Source: a candidate division BRC1 bacterium HGW-BRC1-1
Lineage (GTDB): Bacteria > Sumerlaeota > Sumerlaeia > Sumerlaeales > Sumerlaeaceae
Direction of reading: 5' to 3'
Length of the DNA stretch: 64,000 nucleotides
Assembly: GCA_002842095.1 (NCBI GenBank)
Contig: PHCB01000006.1
Location: forward strand, 3,814 to 67,813
The notes below the pieces were generated by a model. The model saw only the letters and a list, made by a program, of their open reading frames with translations, searched no databases and was not told the origin of the DNA. Below, piece after piece: positions 1 to 10,290 of this stretch (position 1 is the stretch's first letter; the number at the start of each line of letters is the position of its first letter). Both the position numbers and the translations under genes were made by a program.

Positions 1-762
1 CGCAGCCACGGTTTTCTGACGCGCCATCACCGTGAGCACCGCAAACATGAATCCGGCCACGGCCGACCCCGTTCCGCGCAACGGCAGCGGCGCGGGGAAA
101 AAATTGAACCGCAAACTACCCAGCGATGCAAACACCACCACCAGCGCGACGGAATTCAGCACCGGCTCTCCCGCCCCCAGCGTGCCGTACGCCACTGCAA
201 CACCGGCGACCAACAGCAACACGTTCACCGCTCCCTCCAAACCGTCCAGCAGTCGCGCCACCCCCGTGGCCGCCACCAGCCACAGCACCGTGAGCGGACC
301 CGACCACGCGCCCAGCGCGACATCGCCCTCGCCCCGCACACCCAACACACCAAACCGCGTGCCGGTTGCCATCACCAGAACCGCCGCCAGCGCCACAACG
401 ACCCACTCCACAATCCAACGCAACATTCGCGGTGGTTGACTACCCCCCGCAAACCGCCCCATCAACCCCACCCAGGCCGGCGTGGCCAGCAACAGCACCA
501 ACCCTCCGGTCACCCCCGCCAGAGCCAGCACCGCCCCGCCCGGCGTGTGAAACCGATCCGTCGCCGCCAACCATGGGCTGGCTGCCGCCACCAGCACCAA
601 CCCCGTCACCAATCCAGAAGCCAGCGGCAGAACCCCCTCCAGTCGCGAACCTCCCTCGCCCGCCGCCCGCGCGCCGCGAACACAGCGATATCCCACCGCC
701 ATGGCCACCACCCACACGACCAACGCCCCCGCCGTCAGACCCGCGATTCCCAATGCGTTCAT
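1..762 (-). CDS. Polyprenyl-phosphate sugar-1-phosphate transferase (MraY/WecA family) membrane protein, N-terminal 254 aa; continues beyond window start
   Basis: Minus-strand frame is open from ATG at 762 through position 1 with no stop, which is why it is absent from the ORF track. Multi-TM protein with LLDGLEGA (DGLDGL-like) followed by FNFFPA...GSAVAGFMFA (NFPPA..FMGD.GS-like) motifs in the order typical of WecA/MraY. Its ATG overlaps the GT2 stop in an ATGA configuration. Confidence 0.5.
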   Translation of the reverse strand, partial: MNALGIAGLTAGALVVWVVAMAVGYRCVRGARAAGEGGSRLEGVLPLASGLVTGLVLVAAASPWLAATDRFHTPGGAVLALAGVTGGLVLLLATPAWVGLMGRFAGGSQPPRMLRWIVEWVVVALAAVLVMATGTRFGVLGVRGEGDVALGAWSGPLTVLWLVAATGVARLLDGLEGAVNVLLLVAGVAVAYGTLGAGEPVLNSVALVVVFASLGSLRFNFFPAPLPLRGTGSAVAGFMFAVLTVMARQKTVAA

Positions 763-1691
763 GCGCGTTTCTCCGTTCCCAAAAGAGGCTTCAATGTGTT
801 CTGCGCCATCACCATCGCACACCGCGCCGCGATGCCCAGCAGCGTTGCGGTGTCCACCAGCACAATCCCACGGCTGTAGTGCTTGCGATAAAACCGCCAC
901 ATGCTGCGGTGGCGCTCATACGTCATGCGATAAGGAACCTTGCGCGTGCTGCGCCCGATGTGGTGGCGCACCTCCGCCTGCGGGAAATACACGATGCGCC
1001 AGCCCGCCTGCTTCATCCGGTAGCACCAGTCCACGTCCTCGCTGTACATAAAGAAACCTTCGTCGAGCAGCCCCACCTCATCCAGCGTTTTTCGCCGCGC
1101 CATGAGGCACGCGCCGCTCACCCAGTCCACATCCGCCGTCTCGTCGTGGTTCCAGTCGGTCATCAGGTACTCCGCCGAGTAACGATTGCGCGGAAACAGG
1201 CGCGTCATCAACGAGTACCGATGGAACAACGCCGTGCGGTAACTGGGAAACGACCGGCACGACAACTGCACGCTGCCGTCGGTGTTCAACAACCGCGCGC
1301 CCAGGGCCCCGATATCTGTGTGTGCATCCATCGTGTCGCGCATCTTTTCCAGCGCGTCGCCCACGATCTCCGTGTCGCTGTTCAGAATGAGCAGATAACG
1401 CCCCCGCGCCTCGCGGATGCCGCGGTTGTTCGCGTGCGCGAACCCCTCGTTGCGCGTTTGCTCGAGCAGCTTCACGGCTGGGAAATTCGCGCGGGTCATC
1501 GCCACGCTGTCGTCCGCCGATGCGTTGTCGACCAGAATGACCTCCAGCCACAACGCGCCAAGGCGTTCGCCCATCGACGCAAAACACGCGCGCAACAAAT
1601 CGCTCGTGTTGTAATTCGTCACGATGATGCTGATGTCGGGCGCGTCACCGGCCTTGCCGCCGGCAGATTCGCGCACCGCAGCGTCGCTCAT
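759..1691 (-). CDS. Family 2 glycosyltransferase
   Basis: 310-aa ORF. N-terminus IIVTNYNTSDLL...ILVDNASADDS...NEGFAHANNRGI and the DxD region LILNSDTE are typical of GT-A fold GT2. Stop overlaps the downstream start. Confidence 0.8.
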   Translation of the reverse strand: MSDAAVRESAGGKAGDAPDISIIVTNYNTSDLLRACFASMGERLGALWLEVILVDNASADDSVAMTRANFPAVKLLEQTRNEGFAHANNRGIREARGRYLLILNSDTEIVGDALEKMRDTMDAHTDIGALGARLLNTDGSVQLSCRSFPSYRTALFHRYSLMTRLFPRNRYSAEYLMTDWNHDETADVDWVSGACLMARRKTLDEVGLLDEGFFMYSEDVDWCYRMKQAGWRIVYFPQAEVRHHIGRSTRKVPYRMTYERHRSMWRFYRKHYSRGIVLVDTATLLGIAARCAMVMAQNTLKPLLGTEKRA

Positions 1692-2941
1692 CCTCGCCGC
1701 TCCACGGCACCCGCCTCGACGGTTTCGCGCACGGTCCGCTCGTAATCCGCGGCCACCTTTTCGAATGCGAAATGCTTTGTGGCATACTCACGCCCGCGCT
1801 CGCCCAGGGCGCGGCTCAGTTCCGGATCAGCCTTCAGTCGTGTGATAAACTCCGCCAGTTCCGCAGGGTTGCGGGTCTCGCTCACAAGCCCGGCCCTAGC
1901 ATCCTCGACGATCTCCTTGATCACGCCCTCGACGCCCGCCACCACCGGCCGCGCGCTCGACATGTACTCGTAAATTTTCGACGGCACCGTGATCCGTGTG
2001 ATGGTATCCTGCCGGTATGTGACGATGAGCGCATCGCTGGCGGCCAGCAGACCCGGCACATCCTCGCGCGGCTGGTACCCAATGATGCGCACGTTATCCA
2101 GTTTCCACTCGCGGATGCGATCCTCCATCATCGGCAGCGCAACACCCTTGCCCACAAACCAGAACAGCACGTTGGGGTCCGACTCCTTCACGATCCGCGC
2201 CGTTTCGAGGATGACCTCGAGGCCCATCAGCAGCCCGAAATTCCCGAGGAACGAAACCACGTATCGCCCCTCAAGACCGTGCTTCTGCCGGAGCGCGTCG
2301 CGGTCCACCCGCGACGAATCGTACAGCGCCGGCTCCACCCAGTCGGGCAGCAAAATCACCTTCTCACGCGGCACGCCCTTCGCCACCAGGTTTTCCGTGA
2401 AGCCCCGCGTAACCACGCCGATGCGTTTCGCGTGGTCGTAAATCTTTTTCTCGATCCAGAACGACGACTTCACCAACAGCGGATGATTCAACATCCCCAC
2501 GGCCACCGCGCAATCGGGCCAGATGTCGCACACGTCGAACATCATCGGCAGCCCTCGCACCTTCGACACCACCCACCCCGCGATGCCATCGGGCAGCGGG
2601 CTGATCGTGACCAGCGCATCAAACTTCCCGCGCACAAAAAGCGCCCGAAGCATGCCCGTAATCATGAACGATCCGTATGTGGCCATGCGCCGCAAGAAAT
2701 GGTCGGGCTTCGACGAACCATACGCCCAGGTGCGGATAATCCGCGCCCCGCCCATCATCTCCTCGCGCGGCTGCTTGCGCGACGACTCGCCATTGCGCAT
2801 CGTGGAGGGATGGCTCGGGATGCCCGTAACCACCGTCACCTCGTGGCCCTGCTTCACGAGGTATTCGACAATCTCCACCGCCCGCGTCGATGTGCCCACG
2901 GTCTCAGGATAATAATGCTGATGTAAAAAAAGAAGCCGCAT
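1688..2941 (-). CDS. Family 4 (GT-B) glycosyltransferase
   Basis: ORF-track frame extends to 3004; the likely start is internal, MRLLFLHQHYYPETVGTSTRAVEIVEYLVKQGHEVTVVT, a classic GT4 N-terminus. C-terminal E-x7-E-like region present. Overlaps the GT2 start by 4 nt (ATGA). Confidence 0.75.
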   Translation of the reverse strand: MRLLFLHQHYYPETVGTSTRAVEIVEYLVKQGHEVTVVTGIPSHPSTMRNGESSRKQPREEMMGGARIIRTWAYGSSKPDHFLRRMATYGSFMITGMLRALFVRGKFDALVTISPLPDGIAGWVVSKVRGLPMMFDVCDIWPDCAVAVGMLNHPLLVKSSFWIEKKIYDHAKRIGVVTRGFTENLVAKGVPREKVILLPDWVEPALYDSSRVDRDALRQKHGLEGRYVVSFLGNFGLLMGLEVILETARIVKESDPNVLFWFVGKGVALPMMEDRIREWKLDNVRIIGYQPREDVPGLLAASDALIVTYRQDTITRITVPSKIYEYMSSARPVVAGVEGVIKEIVEDARAGLVSETRNPAELAEFITRLKADPELSRALGERGREYATKHFAFEKVAADYERTVRETVEAGAVERRG

Positions 2942-3087
2942 GGCGCTCCCGACAGACAAAGGTTTGATACCCACCAGATGAATCGCCCCACATGACCGAG
3001 ACAACCCATTTCTTGCGGATTCCGCAGGAGAGCAGACATTCCTGTCGGCTGTTTTGTTTTTATCTCACCCCAGCGCAATTACGTGCG

Positions 3088-3229
3088 TTTCCTGGGAACG
3101 TCAATCTCCTGATTGGCGCTTTTTACGCTGTGGGGAGTATGCCGTTCCGGAGAGCAAAAAAACACTCTACCCAAAAAACCGGATATCCTGCGCAAGCGTA
3201 TTGCGTCTGCCAATCAGGAGATTGGCGTT
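3088..3229. repeat. Long imperfect inverted repeat (about 30–40-nt arms around a roughly 80-nt spacer) between the epimerase gene end and the GT operon start
   Basis: Left arm TTCCTGGGAACGTCAATCTCCTGATTGGCG (3088–3118); right arm reverse complement TTCCCCGGGAACGCCAATCTCCTGATTGGCA (3199–3229). Confidence 0.6.
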
Positions 3230-3272
3230 CCCGGGGAAGACCAGAACACCGATTGATGAAAGCAGAACGTCT

Positions 3273-3306
3273 GGCGGCGACCGGCGAGGGCGCCGGTCCC
3301 ACATTA
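3273..3306. repeat. REP-like hairpin element, family R1, copy 1 (GGCGGCGACCGGCG-AGGG-CGCCGGTCCCACATTA)
   Basis: 8-bp perfect stem GACCGGCG/CGCCGGTC with a 4-nt loop. Near-identical copies at 7111, 10219 and 42564. Confidence 0.7.
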
Positions 3307-3325
3307 ACAGCACGCTCTCCTGCAA

Positions 3326-4525
3326 TCAGCGCGGCAGGGCGAGCTCCTCGCTCAGCACATAGAACGCCCTCGGCACATGGAAGCAGCCCTTCCACTTGCC
3401 GCCCTTCAGCGATAGCAGCACCTCGCCTCGGCGGTTCAGATAACCGAACCATTCGCCGTGCTCCTTGTCTGCGAAATGCTCCCACGACCACGCGTGCAGC
3501 CGCTCGAACCACTCCCACGCCCGCGCGCGCACTTCCGGCCTCGCGCTCAGGCGCGACGTCTTCGCCAGCGCGATCAGCGCCTCCACGTGCACCCACCACA
3601 GTTTCTGGTCCCACTCCAGCTTCTCCGGCGGACGCCCCTTCGCATCCATGAAGTAATAGATCCCGCCGAACTCCTTGTCCCAGCTATAGTCGAGAATGTT
3701 GAACACCACATCCGCGCACTTCTCGATCAATGCCGCGTCGCCGTTGCGCTCCCCGATCGCCATCAGAAACCACATCCCCTCCAGCCCGTGGCCGGGGTTC
3801 AGCAGGCGCCCCTCGAAGGTATCCGGATGGCTGCCATCGGGCGCCACCGACTCATAAATCAGCCCGCTCTCCTTGTCGAGGAACCGCCCCATCACCTCGC
3901 CCACCGCCTCGTCCAGCCGCTGGCTCAGCACCTCCGGTCCGAGGATCCACTCCAGTTCCAGCGCCAGATTGCACAGGATCATCGGCAGCGTGTACCCCGC
4001 CATGGGGCGCGTCTCCGCAATGGCCTTCGTCCATGGCCCCTTGGGGTTGTCGCGCCGCCGCACAATCCCCTGCCACGCCGCCAGCGCCATCTCACGGGCA
4101 TCGTCCTCGCCCGTTGCCAGACCGTACTGGCTGAAAGCCATCGCCGCAAAGCAGTCCGAAAAAATGTTGTACGGATGCACCAGCGGCTTGCCCTCGCGCG
4201 TCAGCGAGAAATACCAGTCGCCGTTTTCCGCCCGACCGTGACGCCGCAAAAAGTCCGCCCCCTGCCGCGCCATCTCCAACCACTCGGGGCGCTTTTCCAG
4301 ACGGTTGTACAACATGGAAAACGTCCACACCTGCCGCGCCTGCAACCAGATGAACTTGTCCGTATCGTAAACCTCACCGTCGCGTTCGAGGCAGGTGAAG
4401 TACCCGCCGAACTCGCGATCCGGCGAATGCTGCATCCAGAACGGCACCACATTATCTAACAACGCCGCCCGATAATGTCCCGCCAGTTCCTTCGCACGCT
4501 CCGACACCTTGGACATATCCTGCAT
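3326..4525 (-). CDS. N-acylglucosamine 2-epimerase (AGE) family sugar epimerase
   Basis: 399-aa ORF, alpha/alpha-toroid-like, W-rich ([40 protein letters not shown]), as in AGE/cellobiose-2-epimerase family proteins. Confidence 0.65.
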   Translation of the reverse strand: MQDMSKVSERAKELAGHYRAALLDNVVPFWMQHSPDREFGGYFTCLERDGEVYDTDKFIWLQARQVWTFSMLYNRLEKRPEWLEMARQGADFLRRHGRAENGDWYFSLTREGKPLVHPYNIFSDCFAAMAFSQYGLATGEDDAREMALAAWQGIVRRRDNPKGPWTKAIAETRPMAGYTLPMILCNLALELEWILGPEVLSQRLDEAVGEVMGRFLDKESGLIYESVAPDGSHPDTFEGRLLNPGHGLEGMWFLMAIGERNGDAALIEKCADVVFNILDYSWDKEFGGIYYFMDAKGRPPEKLEWDQKLWWVHVEALIALAKTSRLSARPEVRARAWEWFERLHAWSWEHFADKEHGEWFGYLNRRGEVLLSLKGGKWKGCFHVPRAFYVLSEELALPR

Positions 4526-4767
4526 GACGAAACCACCTCACAAAAATAATCAAACCGCAGCCCCAACACCACCCGCGCACTCCCCCACCCAAGCGCCAGA
4601 GCGTCAAGGGCGATGTGGCAAGCCACAGCGATAGAAAAAAAGTCCGTACCCTCACAACCATCAAATGTGCGACCGGCGCCCCCGCCGGTCGGCACCAGAC
4701 ACCACCATCACGCAACATTGTTTCTCCTCGATTATTACTAATCACCCATCCTATCTTCGCTCCCACT

Positions 4768-7062
4768 ATGGCCGACCCAACCGCGCCCCTCGATTTACCC
4801 GCCAGCCTCCTCGCCGCGGCCGACTGGACCGCGCTCGAAACCCTTTTGCTCGACCTCGACTTCCTTGAAGCAAAGGCCGTCGCCGGCCAGACTCGCGAGC
4901 TTCACGCGGACATGCTCGCTGCCGCCGAAGCACTCCCCGACGACCGTCCCGCGCAGCACATCCTGCGACTCCTCGCCGAGGCCGTCGCACGCCATATCGA
5001 TTTCATCCACGACAACCGCGAGCACTACCCACAGGCGCTATTCCAATGCCTGTGGAACCTCGCATGGTGGTACGACAACCCCGCCTCGGCGCCCTTCTAC
5101 GACGCGCCCCCCGACGGCTCACCGCCATGGCAGGCCCCTGATCATCCGCTCCAAACCTTACTGGAAAAATGGCACGCGCAACGCCAGCTTCGCGACCCCG
5201 GTTTCGTCTGGATCAAATCCCTCACACCTCCCGGCCTTCCCCTCGGCTCCTCGTTCGTCGATCGTCTTTCCGGTGCGGGCAAGGCACGTCTGGTTTGCTT
5301 CTCTCCCGATGGCGGGCTGCTCGCCTGCGCTTGCGGTTACAATACCGTGCAAGTGTGGGAACCCGCCACCCGTCGAAAAATCGTCGAGCACCAGTTCCAT
5401 CGCGAATCGCCAGTTTATCTGCGCTTCACCAACGACTCCCGCGCCCTGTGGGTCGTGCCCCATTCATTGCCTCCTCCAACCGAAAAAGTCACACCACCCG
5501 TGGTGAGCGTGAACCTCATGTTCGACTGGCAGACCGGCGAGCCACGCTACACGCTCGAAATTCCATTCAATCCGTATACCCACTTTCGGCCATCTCCGGA
5601 CGATACCCTCGTCGCCGTGTCAACGGGCGACGACCATTCCGTCGTCGAAATCGCCACAGGGCGCGAACTCTGGCGCAAGGCTTATAAGGGAGAGTATGCG
5701 AACCGAATCAGTTTTTCTCAGGATGGTTCCCTCCTCGCTGTCACACGAGGAAAAAAGATTAATATCCTTCAAGCCCGCACCCGCGAATTGCTCCGCACAC
5801 TCATCAACCCGGCAGGTCAAATAGCAGGGATTTTAGACACGCTGAGATTTTCACCCGACGGCCGATACGTCAGCAACGAGCTGATGCAATCCGTGGATTT
5901 CGATCCACTGCCCGGCATGCGCCACTCCGACTGGTCCTGGTCATGCCTCAGCAGCCCCGGCGCAATGCACTACGCGGTCGTTTGGTGGCGGACAGAGGAT
6001 GGGCAATTCCTTCACTCCGTTGATCAGGGAGAGTGGAATATGGCCGATGCGACATTTTCACCCGACGGACAATCCCTTGCCATCATTTCTCCATACGGGG
6101 CGGTCTCCATCCACGACACCGTAACCGGGGACCTCCGCAACACTTTCAACGACCAGTCTGGCCAGGCCCATGCCATCACATTTTCTCCCGATGGTTCATT
6201 GCTGGCCGTCGCTTCCAAAGTCGGAATCACACTTTGGAATACCGCGCTTCCACGGAAGGTTAGTTCGCGTATTGGCCACTCCATGCGCATCAAGGATTTT
6301 TCGATTTCCCGCGACGCCACCTGTGCCGCCACAGCCAGCGAAGACTGCTCCACGCTCCTTTGGGAAACATCCACTTGCCAGCCCCGCCTGAGCATCAGCA
6401 CCCCGGATTACCCACACAAAAAAGTGAGCCTCGCCCCCGACGCCGGCACGGTCGCCATCGCCTGCGACTTCGGCATAATCTCCATTTACGACACCGCGAC
6501 CAGCGAACGACTCGTCGCGTGGAGAGCCGTGGAAGACGATCCCGTCGTTCAATTGGTCCACTCACCCGACGGCGCGCTGCTGGCTACGAGCGGCATGTAT
6601 GATCACGACATATGCCTTTGGGACGCGCGCACGGGCGACTTGCGTATCCGTCTCACTAGCCACACCGATCACGTCGACTCGGTCCGCTTCACCGCCGACT
6701 CGTCGCATCTTGTCTCCACATCCTTCGACACCACCTGCGTGTTATGGAACGTGCGTACCGGCCGACAGGAGCGCGAGTTCCATCCTTTTGCAGATGCAGA
6801 TGCTTTCCTGCCGCCGCCGGGCGGGCCGGTGGCTACGCTCTTCTTCAACTACGACAGACCCGTGCGCTTCGCGCGTCGCGAAGACCAAGTCGTGATCGCC
6901 ACATATCCCGAACCCGTGATCGAGTTGAAACCCCACCCCGACGGGCGCCATTGGACCGGTGCCCAAGGCAATCACCTCATCCAACTGCGCCTCGAAGGCG
7001 ACGTATCCACCGCCCCCGGCTATAAGGTGGAAACGGAATCATGTTCGTGCTATTGCCAATAA
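4768..7062 (+). CDS. WD40-repeat protein with an approximately 180-aa N-terminal helical domain
   Basis: ORF-track frame starts at 4615; ATG at 4768 (MADPTAPLDL) is the plausible start. At least 10 WD-like repeats (FSPDG.LLA…, LWNT, LWDARTG, VLWNVRTG). The N-terminal region (LLDLDFLEAKAV…LWNLAWWYD) is not assigned to a known family. Confidence 0.7.
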   Translation: MADPTAPLDLPASLLAAADWTALETLLLDLDFLEAKAVAGQTRELHADMLAAAEALPDDRPAQHILRLLAEAVARHIDFIHDNREHYPQALFQCLWNLAWWYDNPASAPFYDAPPDGSPPWQAPDHPLQTLLEKWHAQRQLRDPGFVWIKSLTPPGLPLGSSFVDRLSGAGKARLVCFSPDGGLLACACGYNTVQVWEPATRRKIVEHQFHRESPVYLRFTNDSRALWVVPHSLPPPTEKVTPPVVSVNLMFDWQTGEPRYTLEIPFNPYTHFRPSPDDTLVAVSTGDDHSVVEIATGRELWRKAYKGEYANRISFSQDGSLLAVTRGKKINILQARTRELLRTLINPAGQIAGILDTLRFSPDGRYVSNELMQSVDFDPLPGMRHSDWSWSCLSSPGAMHYAVVWWRTEDGQFLHSVDQGEWNMADATFSPDGQSLAIISPYGAVSIHDTVTGDLRNTFNDQSGQAHAITFSPDGSLLAVASKVGITLWNTALPRKVSSRIGHSMRIKDFSISRDATCAATASEDCSTLLWETSTCQPRLSISTPDYPHKKVSLAPDAGTVAIACDFGIISIYDTATSERLVAWRAVEDDPVVQLVHSPDGALLATSGMYDHDICLWDARTGDLRIRLTSHTDHVDSVRFTADSSHLVSTSFDTTCVLWNVRTGRQEREFHPFADADAFLPPPGGPVATLFFNYDRPVRFARREDQVVIATYPEPVIELKPHPDGRHWTGAQGNHLIQLRLEGDVSTAPGYKVETESCSCYCQ

Positions 7063-7063
7063 G

Positions 7064-7144
7064 TTCATAGCCATCTGCGGATGAAACAGGTTTGCGTGAC
7101 CGCAGTATCTGGCGGCGACCGGCGGGGGCGCCGGTCCCACATTA
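7064..7144. repeat. R1 REP-like element, copy 2, with 5' extension (CTGCGGATGAAACAGGTTTGCGTGACCGCAG hairpin) and one ATCTGCG heptad
   Basis: Core GGCGGCGACCGGCGGGGGCGCCGGTCCCACATTA at 7111–7144. The extension is shared with the copy at 10186. Confidence 0.7.
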
Positions 7145-7227
7145 AAATCTATGGGACTCTATTGGGAGTTTCCCCTCTAAGCGGTGGCTGCCCACTCAGC
7201 AATCGCGGCGTTTTTTTGATAGCTCCA

Positions 7228-9800
7228 TCACTTGCGGTTTTCCATCACATCCCTTGCTGCCCGCGCGCGGCCGAGGGCGTGTCCAATCCCCGAATCGTCC
7301 GGCCAGCGCTTCTCGCCCTCCTGCGCCACCCGCTCCGCCACGTCGGCGCGACCCAGCGCCATGCACGCCGCCGATGCATCCGACACCGTTTCGGCATCCA
7401 CGTCCTCACGGGCGACCTCGGCCACGAGCGTCTCCAGGCCGCCTGCGCCAAGGGCCGCATCCACCATGCGCTGCCTTGCCGCCACGCGCGGTTCCAACAC
7501 GGTCACCCCCGACTGCGTCCCCGCTCGCGTCAGCGTCTCATACAAGTTCTTCGCACCCTTCAAATCGCCTGATCGCCATAGCCACAGGTCCATTTCATAC
7601 GCATCCACCCTTACAAACTGTTGAAAGAATAACCCTGCCTGTTCCCCCAGTTGCTGCGCGTGCCTCGCGAAGCTCTCCACTCGCACCGCCCTCGCACGGA
7701 GCGTCAGCGATTCCAGTTCTTCCGCCAGGTCATCCTTGCCCGCCCGTCGCCACAACACTGCCAGATACCCCTCGAAAAACGGTGACAGTGGATGCGCCCG
7801 CAAGCACGCACGCACGGCCCGGCGCTCTCTACGCGGCTGGCTCATCACCCGCGCCACGTCAATCTTCTCCATTCGTGTTTTAGACGCCGTCTCCCCGGGT
7901 CGCGCCGCAAGTGGTGCGGCTTCGTCCCACAGTTCCCTGCGAAGTGGCGTGTCGGGCATCCCCATCACCGCCTTTGCCCATAACTTGGCGCTGAAACCGC
8001 GAAGCGCGTCGAGCGCCGGCAACCGTTCCGTGTCCGTTGTCGCCGCGTCCAGCGCCCACAGCCACGGCACCGGATTAGCAGCCCACTCCCGCCCGGCCGC
8101 TTCAAGATCTTCTACCGATGGCCGCTTGCCCGAGTTCATCAGGGGCGAAATGTGCGAGAACGCTATACCCGCCGCATCATCTTGCACGGCATGCGCAAGC
8201 ATCCATCCATTTGCCCCTGCAATCCCAACCAGCAGCAGACCCGCTGCAATCCATACCCGACGCCCGCGCAGCCACCAAGCCCGCGTTCGCCACCCCCCCA
8301 GCGCCAGCACCACCACGACCGCGCCGCATGCCGCCAGCGCCGCTGCTGCACCCCCACGCCCTGCTGACAGCAACGCACCCACACTGTCGTATTGCATCGG
8401 CAACGTTGTCAAATACCCCGGAAATTCACGCCAGAAATCCCAGCCCAGCAGCGCCACTTCCGTGGCGAAAAACGGGCGCATGACCTGTCGTTCGAACCCC
8501 ACCGCCAGCACAACATTTGTTGCCACCACCAGTGCGCTCCACATGGGAAGCAACCCCAGCACACGCCGCGGCAGCCGCGCATAAACAGCAGCAAGACCCA
8601 CAGCGAAAAACGGCAGCAGGCTCGCAAAGCGCCGCATCCCGAACGACGAACCCGCCCACCAGTCGCCCGCGCACGCGTTCACGTAAACCGCCACGGCCAC
8701 CGCCGCAACCATCCCCGCGTGCGCCGACCACAACCGCCGCGGTATCACCAATCCAGCCAGCAGCCCCACCGCTCCTACCGCCAGAATCGGATGCCAATAG
8801 AACGCCCCATTCCACCCGGAGAATAACAGGTTCCACACCTCCGGCTGGCCCCAGCGCATGAAGCTGTCTCCCTGGGGAATCGTCAGCCAGTGCCCCAAAT
8901 ACGCCCGCCAATACGAAGCTTGCAGCGAAAACACGGCAGCAAACGCCACCCCCGCCGAAACCACTCCCGCCACCAGTCTCGTCGCGTTATAGCCTGCCTT
9001 GGGCTTGTTTTCTGATATCGATTCCCCCCCCCCCCGTGAATCCCAGACGCACGCCGCGCCATCTCTACCACCCAAAACCCCGCAGGCACCAACCCGAGCA
9101 CCACATCCTGCCAGCGCACAATCGTCACCAAGCCAAGCGCCGCACCCACCGCAACATAACTGCCCACCCCGTGAAATTTGCGCAATCGCATCGACAGCCA
9201 CAATAGCAGCGCCGTGGCAAACGCTGAGGAGGCATGGGACATCGTGGGATACCCGAACAGATACCCCAACAGCGTGCTGCCCAGACCCGCACCCAACGCG
9301 GCGTGCAGCGCCACTCGCTCGCCAAACCGCATTCGACACGCCTCGTACATGAGCAGCAACGCGAGCAGTCCATAAAACGCTGACCCCAGCGACACCGCCC
9401 ACCGGTACGGCGCCGAATAACGATCACCCGCCCAAGCCGGCGCACCCCACGGCAGATGCTCCGACACCAGGGCTGTCCCTCTCACCACGGCGAAAAAAGG
9501 CGACCACAATGCCGACGTACCCAACGCGAAATAATTACTCACCTGCCCCTGGTTGTTCGGCGTGCTCAGTCTGTCGCGCAGCGTCTCCACCGAATTGTTG
9601 CTCAGTGCCACATCGTTGGCCAACACCAGATCGCCGTCGAAGGCGGGTGACGAAAGATAAGAAAAATAAAACATATCATCGTAACCCACGCCCGACCACG
9701 GCGAAAACAACATCAAGAACAGCAATCCGAAAACCGCACCCAACACCCTGCGGTGCCGTCGCGCCCTCACGCTACGCCTCAAAATGCGCACCGCCCGCAT
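7228..9800 (-). pseudogene. Large multi-TM membrane protein, putative GT-C fold (PMT/ArnT-like) glycosyltransferase with a C-terminal soluble domain; frameshifted at a C12/G12 homopolymer
   Basis: Two overlapping minus-strand ORFs (8883..9800 and 7228..9402) in different frames. The membrane-protein-like sequence continues from the first frame (…ARRASGIHGGGG) into the second (GGGESISENKPKAGYNATRLVAGVV…) exactly at the homopolymer at 9024–9035. The N-terminal 120 aa of the 7228..9402 ORF looks non-coding. Confidence 0.55.
9024..9035. repeat. C12 (minus strand G12) homopolymeric tract at the frameshift site
   Basis: Counted directly in the sequence. 13 or 10 residues would restore a single roughly 855-aa reading frame. 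Confidence 0.8.
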
Positions 9801-10078
9801 GGCCTTGATGAGCTTTTAATCCTATTGAGTAGTCCACGTATCTCGATCCACTTCGGTGACGATTTTTTAGCGGCTCCCACATTGCTCGCAGAACCGAAGA
9901 ACACATGAAACAAAACGATCCGGTAACCGCGCCAGAATTGCATCATGGAGTTGGGACGACAGAGTTGAAATTAATACCCCAAGATTTTTCAAATCATTTA
10001 CAGCAGAAATATCGAGTATACGACGATATCCACTACAACCTCCCGAGCGCGAGGTGCCGGATAAACCTCTTTGTAGAA

Positions 10079-10107
10079 ATCTGCGTAAATCTGCGCCATC
10101 TGCGGAT
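10079..10107. promoter_or_regulatory. Three phased direct repeats ATCTGCG-N3-ATCTGCG-N2-ATCTGCG-GAT (family R2), about 300 nt upstream of the GT-C-like gene start on the minus strand
   Basis: Identical triple-heptad arrays occur at 28568–28596 and 33796–33824, with a single heptad at 7073. Confidence 0.45.
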
Positions 10108-10185
10108 GATTTCTGTGGTCCCTCCGGGGCTTGATATTTAGGTGAAGGGTTCCCTTGCCCGCTCTGCGGGAAAAAACAATCTGGG

Positions 10186-10251
10186 GATGAAACGGTATTG
10201 CGTGACCGCAGCGCCCTGCGGCGACCGGCGGGGGCGCCGGTCCCACATCAG
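10186..10251. repeat. R1 REP-like element, copy 3, with the same 5' extension as copy 2 (GATGAAACGGTATTGCGTGACCGCAG…GCGACCGGCGGGGGCGCCGGTCCCACAT)
   Basis: Sequence identity to 7081–7144. Lies just downstream of the map-NUDIX operon end. Confidence 0.7.
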
Positions 10252-10290
10252 AATTGAGGGGGCTTACAGGTTCTCCAGTTCCGCGTCATG

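Noticed and set aside
32-439. 135-aa plus-strand ORF rich in Thr/Ser/Pro/Ala
   Set aside because: It lies antisense to the clearly membrane-protein-like minus-strand frame (1..762) and has a non-protein-like composition.
7228-9402. Treating the 724-aa ORF as an independent gene starting at 9402
   Set aside because: Its first roughly 120 residues (Gly/Cys/Ala-rich) look non-coding. The protein-like sequence begins exactly at the C12 homopolymer, where the upstream ORF's membrane-protein frame ends, so a single frameshifted gene is the more economical explanation.
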